DNA from: Octopus vulgaris
Taxonomy: Eukaryota
DNA: 64,000 bases
Assembly (NCBI GenBank): GCA_951406725.2
Contig: OX597815.1
Coordinates: 167,586,001-167,650,000, forward strand
Direction: 5' to 3'
The notes under the pieces are model-generated. The model did not search any database. It saw only the letters and a list, made by a program, of their open reading frames with translations, and was not told the DNA's origin. Within the stretch, counting starts at the first letter, position 1. Each line of letters begins with the position of its first letter. The position numbers and the translations under genes are program-made. Positions 25,025 through 40,335 of this stretch are shown piece after piece.

Positions 25025-25853
25025 TGTTTCTTTATTTTGGCACTACAGTCACAACACAGAGGGGACAATACAATGACAGACAGTGGGGACAAAAACATAA
25101 AACGAATGAAAATGAGTTGTTACATAAAAATGAAAAATGAAATGGTTGCATGGGCCCCAATCCCATGCAGTATCATTTGAACGTTTACATAAACTATTTA
25201 CAATCGTTCTTATCATAAACTCTATTCCATATCCCCAGGAGTTAACTCTTTGAGTTCTTGTGGCCTTCAGTATCTTGGCCATCTTATTCATGTCATACAT
25301 TATGGCTGTCATCTGCCATGCTTCTTTCAGCTCTAGGGGCACTTTGCCAACTCGCACCCTGGCCACATGTTTGCCACAGTACGATGGTAAAAGTACCCAT
25401 TCTTCTGATCTTATTGCCTCCGTAGAGTGCTTAATTGCATCCTCTTCTGATGCAAAATGCACCTCCACAGTAGCGTACTTTCTCCCTCTTGTTATAAATG
25501 TGGTTAGTCTTTTTATATTCATCAAACATAGTTCAATAGCCTCTATTATCGCTATTTCTATTTTCCTTGTCGCTATCTTCATTGTCTTATATATCACCGT
25601 TATTTTCATTACATTGGTTGTTAGTTCCACAAGCAGCGTTAACTTCAGTGTATTTCCGTTTCTTTCCAGCAACAGTTGCAGCCCCATAACTGTGGCCACC
25701 TGCTGGCGTTTTCTCCATTTTTCCACAATGGTAAAAACAACAATTCAAAATAATACTAGTAACAAGTTGAACAGTAACAATCAATCAAACAAATATTTAA
25801 CACTATGACTTAAGTCTAACATGACAAAAAAACAACTCAAACCGCCTGTGACA
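25025..25853 (-). mobile_element. ORF1-only L1/Tx1-like retroelement with 14-bp TSD
   Basis: ORF 25049-25726 (RGRKYATVEVHF..VLLPSYCGK..RVRVGKVP; RRM-like); AATAAAG near the 3' end; flanks CAAACCTCCGCCAA (25011-25024) and CAAACCTCCGCAAA (25854-25867). Confidence 0.7.
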
Positions 25854-25884
25854 CAAACCTCCGCAAAGGCAACACCAACGTCCT

Positions 25885-27105
25885 GATTTCTTTTATCAGG
25901 AACAAGGCCTCTATAAAGATGGGACAACACAAAAACAGACAAAACAATATAATGGGGCACATGATAAACACATATTGAATGAAATTATGGAGACAATGAA
26001 AAATGAGGATGGAATGACTTAACCTGCCACCACCCACATAAGCAGGCAGTTTCATTTTTACTGTTTTTAAACAAAGTTTTACTAACAGTCTTGCATCAGT
26101 TGGTTTTTCCTTTTTCCTTGTTTGTTTTTTTCTCTAAAATATTCACTATTTACATCATATAATTCAATAAATCTTCGAATGACACCACCGGCGGCAACTC
26201 ATCGTAACGAATCTGTACCATTGTCACCTCTAACTTTTCCCCAAACAATTCCTTCAATCTCTCTCTTTCTCTTTCCAACAGAACAGCTTTCATACCTTCA
26301 TTGTACTCTGAGGCTACCAATTTAACTCTAATTACGTTCTTCATCTTTGCAATCATTTTTTCTATCTTTACATTTTTTGGTTTTTGTATCATAGTTCTTA
26401 TATTTTTCCCTTTTGATGCCACTCTCTGTTTTCGTTCACCAATCTCTTCTACTGTTACTGGTATTCCTATCTCTGTATGTCTCTCATTCTCTCTTCATTT
26501 TCCTTTTTCTTCTGCACTTTCTCCTCCTTGATAGATGATGGTAACGTTCTCTGCGTTCCCTCCTCGACTTTGTCACATTTTTTCTCTGCTTTTTCGTTTT
26601 TTCTTGTTTCCAACTCTACGTCTCCTCTCCACTTGCTTTTCTTTTCTTCCTAGAACATTTTGGTGATGAGTCTGTGTTACTTTTCTTCTTCTTCTTCTTC
26701 TTCTTCTTCTTCTTCTTCTTCTTCTTCTTCTTCTTCTTCTTCTTCTTCTTCTTCTTCTTCTTCTTCTTCTTCTTCTTCTTCTTCTTCTTCTTCACCACTA
26801 TATACTGTTCTTCCATTTTTTGCTCCTCTACGGTTGAACCCTCTTCTTCTTCATGTTCCTTCTCTATCTCCTCCTCTTCGTGTTTCTGGGGGCACTTAGC
26901 TTTTATGTGTACCCTTACTCCACATTGATAGCATACGGGAGGTCTTCCCTCCACTACAATTCTCAACCTCGTCTCGTCCGGCAACACCAAGGTCGGGTAA
27001 ACTTATGTGAACCGATACCTCCAGTCCATATCCCCAACAGCTCACCTCCGTAGTTCTTGTAATCTTCAGTATTTGGCCACTGCTATTGTACTGAACAACA
27101 TGCAA
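25885..27105 (-). mobile_element. Second related ORF1-only element, 5' truncated, with CCHC zinc knuckle
   Basis: ILKITRTTEVSCWGYG parallels ILKATRTQRVNSWGYG of the neighbouring element; VEGRPPVCYQCGVRVHIKAKCP (CX2CX4HX4C); charged tail with (GAA)n; no ORF2 recognised before the 3' UTR. Confidence 0.7.
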
Positions 27106-27632
27106 TATCAAATTTTATATTTTGGATATTTCCGAGTAGCACTCAACTACACATGATGTTATTGCCAGAGACACACAACTTGAAACTAAATAAATACTCA
27201 AGCTAATTGAGGAGAAAGATTTCTAGAATGGCATTGCAAGACACAAATCAGTTGCAGATGATTCCCGATGATAATACATTATCCCCAAGTAATGTTATTT
27301 CCCTTACCTGAGTAAGAAGGAAAGTCTTTGCTTTTGTAACAGCTGCAGAGCGCTAATTTGGAAACCAGTTCGTGGTTGATGAGTCACAAGAAATATCTGC
27401 TAAATATCCATCAAAGGGTAGGTAGCCTTCTATATATATTATCATGACTTCTATATATATATATTTATGTTATCATGTGATGATAGTTTCTTCGTGCCCC
27501 GACGATCATGCGGAAGATCGACACGCAAGCGAGTGGCTATATAAACCGATCCTTGACGATGCAGGGCTTTTCTTACTGCTTGCTGTAAGTAGTTTTAAAG
27601 TGATAGTCAATCCGGGCAAATCGGTCTTACTC

Positions 27633-27857
27633 TTTAGCCCATTAGGGTTCAGATTAATCTATCAAATATAATGTTTGCTTATTTATGTTGTTTTGAAATA
27701 ATCATGCATTATCTTGTTTAGAGATTTCACTGATGTTATTGTTTAGTGTTAAAATGACATTGTAGAGTTGAGGTGACAAGCCGGATCTGGACAGTTTCGA
27801 CATAAAACAGGTTAAATATTTTGGCTAGATATGGCCGGTTTGAATGCTAAAGGGTTG
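27633..27857. mobile_element. Decayed MITE with piggyBac-like ends
   Basis: TTAGCCCATTAGGGTTCA... and ...TGAATGCTAAAGGGTT form imperfect inverted termini. Confidence 0.4.
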
Positions 27858-28379
27858 GAGATCTGACCACAGCGGCTGAACGACCTAAGACATCTGTAGT
27901 GACCAGCAAGCTGTAGGTTTTACATTGGAGTGGCCTTCAGAAATGCTAATTGTTTTACTGGAGAAGAGAGATCAGCCTCCCCTGGAGTTGACGAAATGGT
28001 GTCAAAGAAGGCATTGGATTACCCGAAAGACTCCACTCATTGATTTGCTGTCGAGGTTGATTCCTCGAGCCTTTCCTCTACAACGGCACTCAGAAGATAG
28101 TGAGGGTTTACTCACAGCTGCTAGTACTCCAGGTCAGAGTACTCAGGGGAACAATAGTGGCCAAGTGGTACGTTCACACACCTCAAAATCTCAAGAACGC
28201 TCGAACAAAGGTTCCACTCCCGGACGCAGTTAAAGTCATATGTACCCTTCAACTACAGGATGGTCACTGATGGAATGCATTTAGATAGAGATCTGATCGA
28301 TCAGATGTGATTTGCAGAACACATTATCAACGACAACAGCAGCAGTAGCAGCACTTTCAGTCTCTGGTGACAGACTAAA

Positions 28380-28453
<74 letters not shown>

Positions 28454-28514
28454 TAATAATAATGATGATGATGATGATAATAATGGTGATGATGATGATG
28501 ATAATAATAGTAAC

Positions 28515-28554
<40 letters not shown>

Positions 28555-28556
<2 letters not shown>

Positions 28557-29172
28557 TAGCTGCCCAGTCCTGGCTAAGAAGGAATATATTCACAGACATG
28601 ACAGATGTGGAACCTACATACATTGGAAGCTATGCCAACATTATGGAATAACAACAGAAAAAAGATGGTATAGGCACACACCAGAAAAGGTCACAGAAAA
28701 CGAGAAAGCAACCATACTCTGGGATATGCCGATACACACAGACAGAGAAATTAAGGCCAACAGACCAGATATAGTTGTCAGAGACCATGAAGAAAAAAAT
28801 GCTTTCTAATTGATGTATCAATACCGGCTGATGACAACGTGTCTCTAAAAGAAATGGAGAAACTCTCAAAATACAAAAACCTGGAAATAGAGGTAACTAG
28901 AATGTGGAATCTGAAAACAGAAACAATTCCTATCATAGTAGGTGCATTAGGCATGATAAAAAAATATTCAGACAAATACATAACAAAAACACCAGGACTT
29001 ACAAACACATATAACATACAGAAAATTGCACTACTAGGCACTGCACACATCCTACGCAGAACACTTTCCATACAATAACCATCAGAGCATCACAACAAAT
29101 CACAGCACATACCCAAAGCACACAGAGCTGCGCTCGGTAGTGAAGTGAAAGCACGCTATAAAAATAAAACTA

Positions 29173-29175
<3 letters not shown>
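28555..29175 (+). mobile_element. R4/Dong-like RLE LINE 3' fragment in (TAA)n, inverted twin of 24129-24731
   Basis: Same peptides, same 5' start (ACTAGCTGCCCAGTC) and same 3' end (AAATAAAACTACTG then (AAT)n). Confidence 0.92.
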
Positions 29176-29255
<80 letters not shown>

Positions 29256-29339
29256 CAATAATAATAATAATCAATAATGGAGGTGGTGCCTAGCGTGTTC
29301 GTAGTCGAATTACTGAATCCTGGAAAAGAATATATACAC

Positions 29340-31390
<2,051 letters not shown>

Positions 31391-31698
31391 CTCTCTCCCT
31401 CTCTATTTGCGTGTGTCCGTGTATTTACACCAGACGGGAGAAATAGAATGAGATAAACTGGAATTTAATGTAGATATGGCACCAACAGTAGCTTGAAGTG
31501 TAAACAAATGACTATATCTGCCCATGGGCCAAAAATATTTAGGATTGACCCTGGCTAGTGTCATCTCTTCTTGAAGACTCATCAAAGTACACCTGGCCGC
31601 ATTTCTACCCTCGGAGAGATTGATTGTTCTCCTATTTTACATCAGACACAAACTTTTCTTAACTACTATGAACTGTACAATCTATATAAACATACGGC

Positions 31699-31900
31699 CT
31701 TCTTCTTCTTCTTCTTCTTCTTCTTCTTCTTCTTCTTCTTCTTCTTCTTCTTCTTCTTCTTCTTCTTCTTCTTCTTCTTCTTCGTCTTCTTCTTCTTCGT
31801 CTTCTTCTTCTTCGTCTTCTTCTTCTCCGTCTTCTTCTTCTCCGTCTTCTTCTTCTTCTTCTTCTTCTTCATCTTCTTCATCTTCTCCTTCTTCTTCTTC
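31699..31900. repeat. (TTC)n microsatellite with GTC variants
   Basis: Read directly from the sequence. Confidence 0.95.
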
Positions 31901-32106
31901 CACTTCTTTTTCTTCATTTTCTCCTACTCTTCCCCCGCTTCCTCCTCCTTATTTTTAGCGTCATTGTGTTCGACGTTTTTACGTTCTGAGTTCAAATTCC
32001 GCCGAGGTCGATAAATTTAGTACCAGTGAAACGTTGGGGGTCGATATAATCGACAATCCCGTCCCCACAATTTTCGGGCTTTATGCCTTCAACAGAAACG
32101 ATTATT

Positions 32107-32258
32107 ATTACCCCCGCCTTAGCGATGGCGAAAGTATTGTTTCACTTATGTTTGTTTGTCAGTGGTCAAGATATCTCAAGAACCACTGGGTGGATTCGGA
32201 TGAAACCTTCAGGACTGGCACGAACTGATTAGATTTTGGGATTGATCCAGTATCGGAC
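32107..32258 (+). mobile_element. Short interspersed element fragment, possibly Helentron-associated
   Basis: TTACCCCCGCCTTAGCGATGGCG terminal hairpin, (GTTT)n and GGATTCGGATGAAAC layout; family assignment is inference. Confidence 0.35.
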
Positions 32259-32259
32259 A

Positions 32260-32933
32260 AGCTAAAGCACGCAGAGTATAGCCGCTTGGCACAGATTGAC
32301 CTTGAACACTGCTGTGCATGAACATTTTTCAGAAACTTTTCATCGTTCTCGACACAATCAAGGAGATCTTGTGCAACTGAAACCCGAGTGTCTTGGTCAG
32401 CTGAAAGCAGTTTTGGCACAAACTTGGCAGACACGTGTCTCATGCCCAAATTTTCTGTGATAATGTACTGAACTGAACCGTAACTGATCTGCACATCCTC
32501 TGATAGCTCACGGAGGGTTATTCGGAGATTTCCCCTCACAACTGCACGCACATCTGCGATGTTTTTCTCAGCTCTCTGGTTGGGGTTCTCTCAGGACGTT
32601 CGACAATATCGACAAATTTTCGTCCATCTTAGAAATGTCTGAAGCGTGTGTACGGCTCATACACTCCTCACCATACACTTTCTGCAGCTTTGTGTAGGCT
32701 TCTGAGCGGGTATCGCCATGACAACTTTCTCTGTCATGGTCAATGCGACGACCACACGCTACACACCTTCCTATCAAGCACTGCCGTAGACAGTAGAATT
32801 GAGCCAAAACGGTAAACCTTAGTGTGCATGCACAGAAAAGTTCAAGGTCAACTTTTGCCAAGCGACGTCGCTCTGCGTGCTTTAGCTTCGTTACTATGGT
32901 AACAGTCCGGATACTTATTGATCAGACTTCGTA
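32260..32933 (-). mobile_element. Internally deleted mariner with long inverted termini
   Basis: LRELSEDVQISYGSVQYIITENLGMRHVSAKFVPKLLS; TIR ends at TA 32932-32933; 32260-32308 is an inverted copy of ~32840-32887; a plus-strand fragment is duplicated at 33005-33078. Confidence 0.85.
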
Positions 32934-33679
32934 TATATATCAAGAGGGATGAAGAGAAAAGGAAGGAAAAATAGACAGAAACTATGGTCAAGTAATAGTC
33001 GATCTCAGAAGCCTACACAAAGCTGCAGAAAGTGTATGGTGAGGAGTGTATGAGCCGTACACACGCCTCAGACATTTCTTATGTAAAAGTCGACCCCCTA
33101 TCTTTGGCCAAAAGATTTTGAGAATTTTTCATAGACCCCGTATAAAAGTCAACCCTAGTATTTCACGAAAAACATTTGTGGACCAAGTTACCGTATTTTC
33201 CTGTACGTAGAAATAACACTGTTACATTATTGTGCGGCTATCTTACTGGAACCTGCTGTATAAGTGGAATGCTTGGGGCTTATAATGGAATGTTCGGTGC
33301 TTATAGTAAAACACTATTCAATAGTGAGCACTACACACCTGTTGATGAGTGCTACATTACCATTACTAAAATGTATGCACAGGATATGCTGCTAGCCTGC
33401 ATACATCTTGAAGCACATTAAACACATGCGTCATACACTCATTATTTACATGGTGAGAAACGCGCTTCACCGTCAGCATTATTGGCGAACACTGGCAAAC
33501 GTCACTATCTGAATTCGTAGAAAGGCATGACTTTGATAAGCCTAAAAACATTTAGTTAATCGCTAGATCAGTGGTTCCCATGCAACCTTTATATTTTCTT
33601 CTTCTCCAAATACAATAATCACATGCGTTATACGCTCGTCTATATACACATCACTATCGGCGAACAACAGCAAACACCA

Positions 33680-34846
33680 TTGTAATTACAATTTGGATTC
33701 TACGAGATATGGACTTGTACAAAGTTTGAATTGTTTCCAAAGGAATTTTTGTCCATTCAACAGCTAAAACAGTCCCCAGTTCCTGTAGTGATGATGGTGA
33801 AGGATATTTACTCCTTATTTGTTTTTCTAATATGTACCATACATGTTCACTAATATTGAGATCTGGGGACAGTGGGGGCCAGGTAAGATGTTCAACTTCA
33901 TTAGAATGTTCCCCGTACCATTCAGTAACAACTTTAGCCGTGTGAATCGCTGCATTGTCATCCTGAAAGATTGCGTTTCCCTCTAGAAACAGTTCTGTAA
34001 CCATAGGATATATTGATCAGATGAAATGCTTAAATAGTTTTTACTATTAATCCTGCCATGAAGGGAAACCATTGGGGTGGCGGATTTCCAAGATATAGCC
34101 CCCTAGATCATCACAGATACTCCTCCATGTTTAGCAGTTGGAAGAAGACAGTCTAGGTCAAATACTTCCTTTGGCTGTCTCCACACGTATACCCGGCCGG
34201 AGGTCGGAAATAAGGTAAAGGATGACTCATCCGAGAAAATAATATTCTTCCACTGCTCTATGGACCAATTCTTTAAGATTTTACTCCACTCTAAACCCTT
34301 TGCAACGTTTGTTTTTGAAAGTAGTGGTTTTCTGATTGCAGCCCTCCAGCTCCCGGCGAACAGTTTTTGTGGAAACTGCGTTCACGAGGTGGTCATTAAG
34401 CTCTGCATTAATTTTGGGAGCTGTAATTTTGTGATACTTTCTAACAATTCGCGTAGGAGTTTCACGGTCCCTATCTGGAAGTTTTGGTTTTCTTCCGGAG
34501 TTTTGTTTCGACGAGGAGGTTTTTCCCTCTTTCTCAAAGGCTGTCATTACTTTCGATACACTACTTCTTAATACACCAAACATTTCGGCTGTTTTCGTTT
34601 GGCTAGCGCCTGGTATACAGCTGTTTGTCCTCTTTGAAAGTCCGATAGATGTGTCATTTTAATGAATTTTAATAACCTTTTACTGATGATATCTGAAAAG
34701 AAACTGTAATTTTAATCAAACATATTAAGCAACACTAATGATAAATCAAAAACACATCAAAATAAACAAGCTTTTGGCGGTTTTATAGATATTTCAAAAT
34801 TATGATTCTTTGAATGGTATGTGTTTCCATTATTTTGTCCAACCCT

Positions 34847-34850
<4 letters not shown>
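33680..34850 (-). mobile_element. Degenerate Tc1 (DD34E) transposon
   Basis: MTHLSDFQRGQ, SGRKPKL, IIFSDESSF, KHGGVSVMI, FQDDNAAIH, WPPLSPDLNISEHVW; terminal TACAAGGGTTGGACAAAATAATGGAAACA adjoining (TA)n. Confidence 0.92.
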
Positions 34851-34884
<34 letters not shown>

Positions 34885-35072
34885 TACATATATATATACA
34901 TATATATATATTATTTGAGGGAATAAAATCCAAACTTACAAGGAAAAAGAATTCAATTTAGAAATACTAAATCAAATTCCACACAATATAATAAATATAT
35001 AAAAAAATATTAGAAAAAAAAACACCTTTTATCAATTCAAAATTAATAATTAAATTACACCATCTAGAAAAT

Positions 35073-35246
35073 TACATATAATAGAAAAGTTAAAATTAAA
35101 ATAACAATAAAAAGTAACGATTAAGTAAATTACAAAAATAATAAAAATGTAAAATATACCTATTATATACATTTTTATTATTTTTGTAATTTACATAATC
35201 TTTACTTTTTATTGTTATTTTGATTTTAACTTTTCTATTATATGTA
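35073..35246. repeat. AT-rich imperfect hairpin with ~85-bp arms
   Basis: TACATATAATAGAAAAGTTAAAAT... pairs with ...TTTTAACTTTTCTATTATATGTA. Confidence 0.85.
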
Positions 35247-35249
35247 GAG

Positions 35250-35983
35250 GTACATGGGTGAATAAATATTAGCAGGATAAAACAAGCGTTAAAGAAAAGC
35301 AGGAATTGCCAATGTGCACAGAAAACGAATAGTACTTATGATTCCATAAATAGAGCTATCTAATATTTATCCAAAACCAAACCTGTAGAATTTTTATAAT
35401 GGTGTACTTACTGAAATATTCTAGAGACCAAACATCTGTTGTCCGTAATGGAATTGACCGTTATATTTAAACCAGGAGCAAGTTAAGACCGTCAGCGGGG
35501 TAAACGTAAATAAAGACCCTGTATGATTTTAATACATTGAGCCCTGTCCTTTCCTCTTCTCTCTTCCCTTCGTTTATTTTCTTTTATATATTTGTGTTCA
35601 CTCTGATGAAGCTCCATATGCTAGATCGAATGTGCTATAAAGATGGCGAATATTATTTTCGAATTTTCTTTGTAAGCACCGATTGACATCGGCAGCCGAA
35701 ACGGACGTACGAAAAGCTATCAAATGTTAAGTTTATATTACAAAATAATTAACGGATGTTGGTCAATTTGTTTGTTTGTTTCTCAAACGTTTTCTCCATT
35801 TTCTGCTTATTTAAATTTGATTTGTGATAAGCTTTTGTTTATTCAGTTATTATATGTACCCTATGAGTATAATGTGCTTGCATACCCATGCCCAGTGATA
35901 GCATAGGTAAATGATACCGGTAGTAAGAACAGATATTTTTATCCCTTAGACGGTTATTCCAACCACTAACTCTGCTTTACCTT

Positions 35984-35985
<2 letters not shown>
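35250..35985 (+). mobile_element. PLE 3' end/pLTR remnant with hammerhead-like motif at 35603-35709
   Basis: KSRNCQ-CTENE remnant (one frameshift); CUGAUGA-AGCU..AGCC-GAAA-CGGACG-UA; stem I not convincing. Ends in (TA)n. Confidence 0.5.
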
Positions 35986-36018
<33 letters not shown>

Positions 36019-36021
<3 letters not shown>

Positions 36022-36092
36022 GGCAAATAAGAACACAGAGAGTATATAAAATCGACAGATTTCATATCCTCTCCGTTTTCTTATTTGCCGTA
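36019..36092. repeat. Fold-back hairpin next to (TA)n
   Basis: TACGGCAAATAAGAA ... TTCTTATTTGCCGTA (15-bp perfect outer stem, imperfect inner stem). Confidence 0.8.
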
Positions 36093-36294
36093 TGAATCAA
36101 GGGTAACATACTTGTTACTCCCGCCCATACATAATACCCAATTGCGAGATTTGCATGCAATAACAAGCACTTGGATGTGTTTGATTAGGTACACTACTAC
36201 CAGCAGTATATTGGATAGGTACTATCCCTTAGTTTCTCAAGCTCTAACTCATACAGACATATATATATATAATATATTATATATATATATACAC

Positions 36295-36401
<107 letters not shown>

Positions 36402-36519
36402 CGAGGTTCTGTATGTTTATTTGTTTGTCCAGTAAAAGGAAAGTAAATGGTTCAGGGGAAGCTATTATACTTTTTTCTATATATAAAATTAAAATTTTGT
36501 CTCTTTCTTTCTCCAGGAA

Positions 36520-36925
36520 AATGAAAGTACCTAATTCAGAGATAGCTATTATGCTATTGCCTAATTTATCTCAACAAAAATTATGCAATTGTACAACATT
36601 AATTGTGCACAAATTGATGAAGGGGCAAATATCCTCACTGGTTGTGGTAAAGGTGAGACCGTCTTTATTCCTCACATACCAATTATACTATCTAATGTCC
36701 TATTCCAATTTAAGCTGTTACAGTTTCCTATCTCACGTTCTTTTGCCACGAGCATTAATAATAGTCAGGGCCAACCAAACATTACAAGTTGCTGGATTGC
36801 AACTTGAAGGACCATGTTTTTCACACGCCCAGCTTTATGTAAGAGTACCATGTGTGGGAGCAAAAGCAAATATTTTTGCTTGTACACCGCGAAATAAAAC
36901 AAAAAGCATTGTTTATTGAGAAATA
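36520..36925 (+). pseudogene. Helitron Pif1-helicase C-terminal fragment (frameshifted)
   Basis: IMLLPNL..KLCN, ILTGCGKGETVFIPHIP, QFPISRSFATSINNSQG, QTLQVAGLQL..PCFSHAQLYV, KTKSIVY. Confidence 0.9.
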
Positions 36926-37096
36926 TTCACTCTTAATGCAACATGAATATTTCAATAACTTAATGTGTATGACATCATCTTTATTCTACTTCAATTATTA
37001 CATTTTCTCTTATAAAATACACACATACAGGTGGAGTAAGTTATATATATGATAATGCTTAGAATGTGGCTTCTGAAAAATAGTAAAAGTAATTAT

Positions 37097-37262
37097 GTAT
37101 ACGACGGGCTTCTTTCAATTTCCGTCAACGAAATCGACTCACAAGGCTTTGTCCGCCCGAGGCTATAGTAGAAGACACTTGCCCAAGGTGTCACGCAGTG
37201 GACCTCAGCCTGGATCCACATGGACGGAAAACGAGCTTGTTACCAAACAGTCTCACCTTCGC

Positions 37263-37263
<1 letters not shown>
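37097..37263 (-). mobile_element. SINE family A, 5' half (also 58512-58677; 3' half at 54665-54870)
   Basis: Core ACTCACAAGGCTTT..GGCTATAGTAGAAGACACTTGCCCAAGGTG. Confidence 0.85.
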
Positions 37264-37320
<57 letters not shown>

Positions 37321-37396
37321 ACACATACATACATACATACATACATACGTACATACGTACATACGTACATACGTATATATACATACACATATATAT

Positions 37397-37428
<32 letters not shown>

Positions 37429-37941
37429 GTGTATATATATATATATATATACACACCTTGTATTTCTCTGACAGGAGATTTCAATTTGGGGCTATGCTTT
37501 GAAATTAAACAATTACGACGTGAAAGATACATATTAGTCATTTAGAAACACACAAAACCTATTAAATTTATTTACTCGTTTATTATGTGGTGCCACAATA
37601 CTCGGCGCCGTGCAAACGACCTGATTAGTGACACTTTTACACTGCAACTTATATATGACAGAGGCTGTTGGGCAGTATATAAAGGAGCAGCGAGCTTGAT
37701 AACAACCCGAATGACTGAGGTAATCAGACCAGAGATAAAAACAAAAAGAAAATTAAATATTCAAGGTTTATATATTATAGCCAACAGACTCATCCCAGAC
37801 CAGGTGCAGCAGAACTGTGTTGGTGAATAGTCGCAGTTGGTACGATATATTTATTGACACCAAATAAACTATTAATTGATGTTATATTTTTCTGTATTAA
37901 TGACATTTATAAATAGCTCGTGCGTGTGTCCTTCAAGCTGT

Positions 37942-37969
<28 letters not shown>

Positions 37970-37972
<3 letters not shown>

Positions 37973-38188
37973 TTCTTTACTGCCCACAAGGGGCTAAACA
38001 TAGAAGGGACAAACATGGGACTAAGTCGATTACATAGACCCAGTGCGAAACTGGTACTTAATTTATCGACCCCGAAAGGATGAAAAGCAGAGTCGACCTC
38101 GGCGGAATTTGAACTCACAACGTAAAGACAGACGAAATACCGCTTAGCATTTCGCCCGGCGCGCTAACGTTTCTGCCAGCTCGCCGCC
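37970..38188 (-). mobile_element. SINE family B, near full length, within (TA)n
   Basis: Reverse complement of the 47503-47733 type. Confidence 0.9.
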
Positions 38189-38228
<40 letters not shown>

Positions 38229-38246
38229 TGTATGTATGTATGTATG

Positions 38247-38351
<105 letters not shown>

Positions 38352-38737
38352 TGATAAAACGGTAAGATAACAAAAGAAAGAAAGAGACCTCAATATTATG
38401 TAAATAGAGGAAATTTATCTATACAATATGTTACATTACTCGGTAGTCAAGATAAAACTCTGAGTTTCAAATGCCGATGAAATCCACAACACCATCTCTT
38501 CGGTTATATAAAACGTTATATACCGTTAAAATATCTGGTTTACGCCCCTACTCACCCGAGGTAATATAGGTAAATATTTCCTATGATAGATAGACATTTT
38601 CCAGTTAACCATGCTTATAGGAAACTATAGACACAATTTAAAAATTAGTTTTAGTTCAACTACCAATTTTAAAAACATAATCAATCATAACATACAAAAA
38701 ACACAAGAAGAAAACAGCTGTTCATAGGAATAAAGAA

Positions 38738-39175
38738 TTGTGCCCGCTAAATGGAGCTTGCATGTCCAAGACCATCATATATGAAGCTACCGTAAACTCT
38801 ATAACCACTAAAGACACCGTTTCGACGAAGAAATACGTGGGCCTGACAGAGGGTAATTTCAAGGCCAGGTTCAATAACCACACTTTGAGCTTTAGGCACT
38901 GGAACAAAAGAAAAGCGACGCAATTATCCAATCATATTTGGTCTTTAAGAGATAAAGGTGTCGATTATAACATACAATGGAAGATTTTGGCCAGATGTAA
39001 GCCCTATACTAACGGCAGCGGAAGGTGCGGTTTATGCGACATGGAGAGATGGCTTATCTGGAAAAGCAGCTTAGACCCTACCACATGTCTAAATACAAGG
39101 ACAGAGCTTTTCGGATCATGCCCACATGTGACTAAATTTCTGTTACGTTTTTGGTCCCCTAAAGAAAACGGATAG
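38738..39175 (+). pseudogene. PLE GIY-YIG endonuclease domain (open 145-codon fragment, no RT)
   Basis: CPLNGAC..IIYEATV..KYVGLTEGNFKARFNNHTLSF..TQLSNHIWSL..WKIL..CGLC..E..LN.R.E. Confidence 0.88.
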
Positions 39176-39357
39176 AACATGCTTTCTGTGTTATGTCCCA
39201 AGAAGATTTTATATATTTTATATTTTATATATTTTTATATATTTTTATGTATATATATTTTTATGACGAAAAATATATAAGTACGCAGGCAAAGCAGAGT
39301 TATAACAGAGTAATTTCCCTTCATTTTTAACGGTATTTTTTCATAACGTTTTCAAAT

Positions 39358-39410
39358 ATAACCGAAGAGATGGTGTTGTGGATTTCCATATCTGAAACTC
39401 AGAGTTTTAT
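39358..39410 (+). ncRNA. Hammerhead-like motif with U4C core (inverted copy 38452-38507)
   Basis: AUAA-CCGAAGA-GAUG..-GAAA-CUCAGAG-UU-UUAU in both pLTR copies; stem II register is imperfect. Confidence 0.6.
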
Positions 39411-40107
39411 CTTGACTACCGAGTATGTAACATATTGTATAGATATATATATATATATATACATATATATATTTCATACATAACTCTCCCCCTCCTCATA
39501 ACCCCCTCTCCCCCTCCTCACCTATCCTTTCTCCCCCGACCCCTACTTCTACAGTCCTTCATCCTTTCATATATATCCCCTCCTCCCCTTCCTTCTCCCC
39601 ATCCTCTCCTCTTCCCCTTCTCCTCTCTTCTTCCCCTCGCCTTCTCTCCCCTCTTCTCCCCTCCCCTCTTCTCCTCACTATGACTTTACACATCACATCA
39701 CATATGATGTGCCATACTAATACACACACCAACTAATACATACTAATACGTATAATACATACCAGTATACTAATACTTATATATATATATATACTCTCAC
39801 ACACACACACACACACACCTATATATACGTATAATACATACTAATACATACTAATACATACACCAACCCCATACATACGCACGTATCTTACGCACTATAT
39901 ATATATATATATACATATATATATCCAGACCCTCCCACGCACTAGTTCCCTCAACCCTTTTATCAACCCTATTATCTAATATCTTTGACCTCTGGCATTC
40001 TTATAACTGCAAATAAGAATAAAGCTTGTTTTATTTATATTTCCGAGCTTATTAGTTCTTTGTTTTCCACCTGCCTTCGTCTTTTGTTTATTTTCATAAA
40101 GCTTCCG

Positions 40108-40144
<37 letters not shown>

Positions 40145-40159
40145 CCATACATACATACA

Positions 40160-40199
<40 letters not shown>

Positions 40200-40278
40200 T
40201 ATATATATATATATATATATGCTATGTATGTATGTATGTATTTATATATATATATATATAAATACATACATACATACA

Positions 40279-40332
<54 letters not shown>

Positions 40333-40335
40333 TTA

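Noticed and set aside
36413-36919. Host PIF1 gene
   Set aside because: Frameshifted, C-terminal-only fragment of Helitron type.
39480-39680. Pro/Leu/Ser-rich ORF 39435-39683
   Set aside because: Polypyrimidine low-complexity tract.
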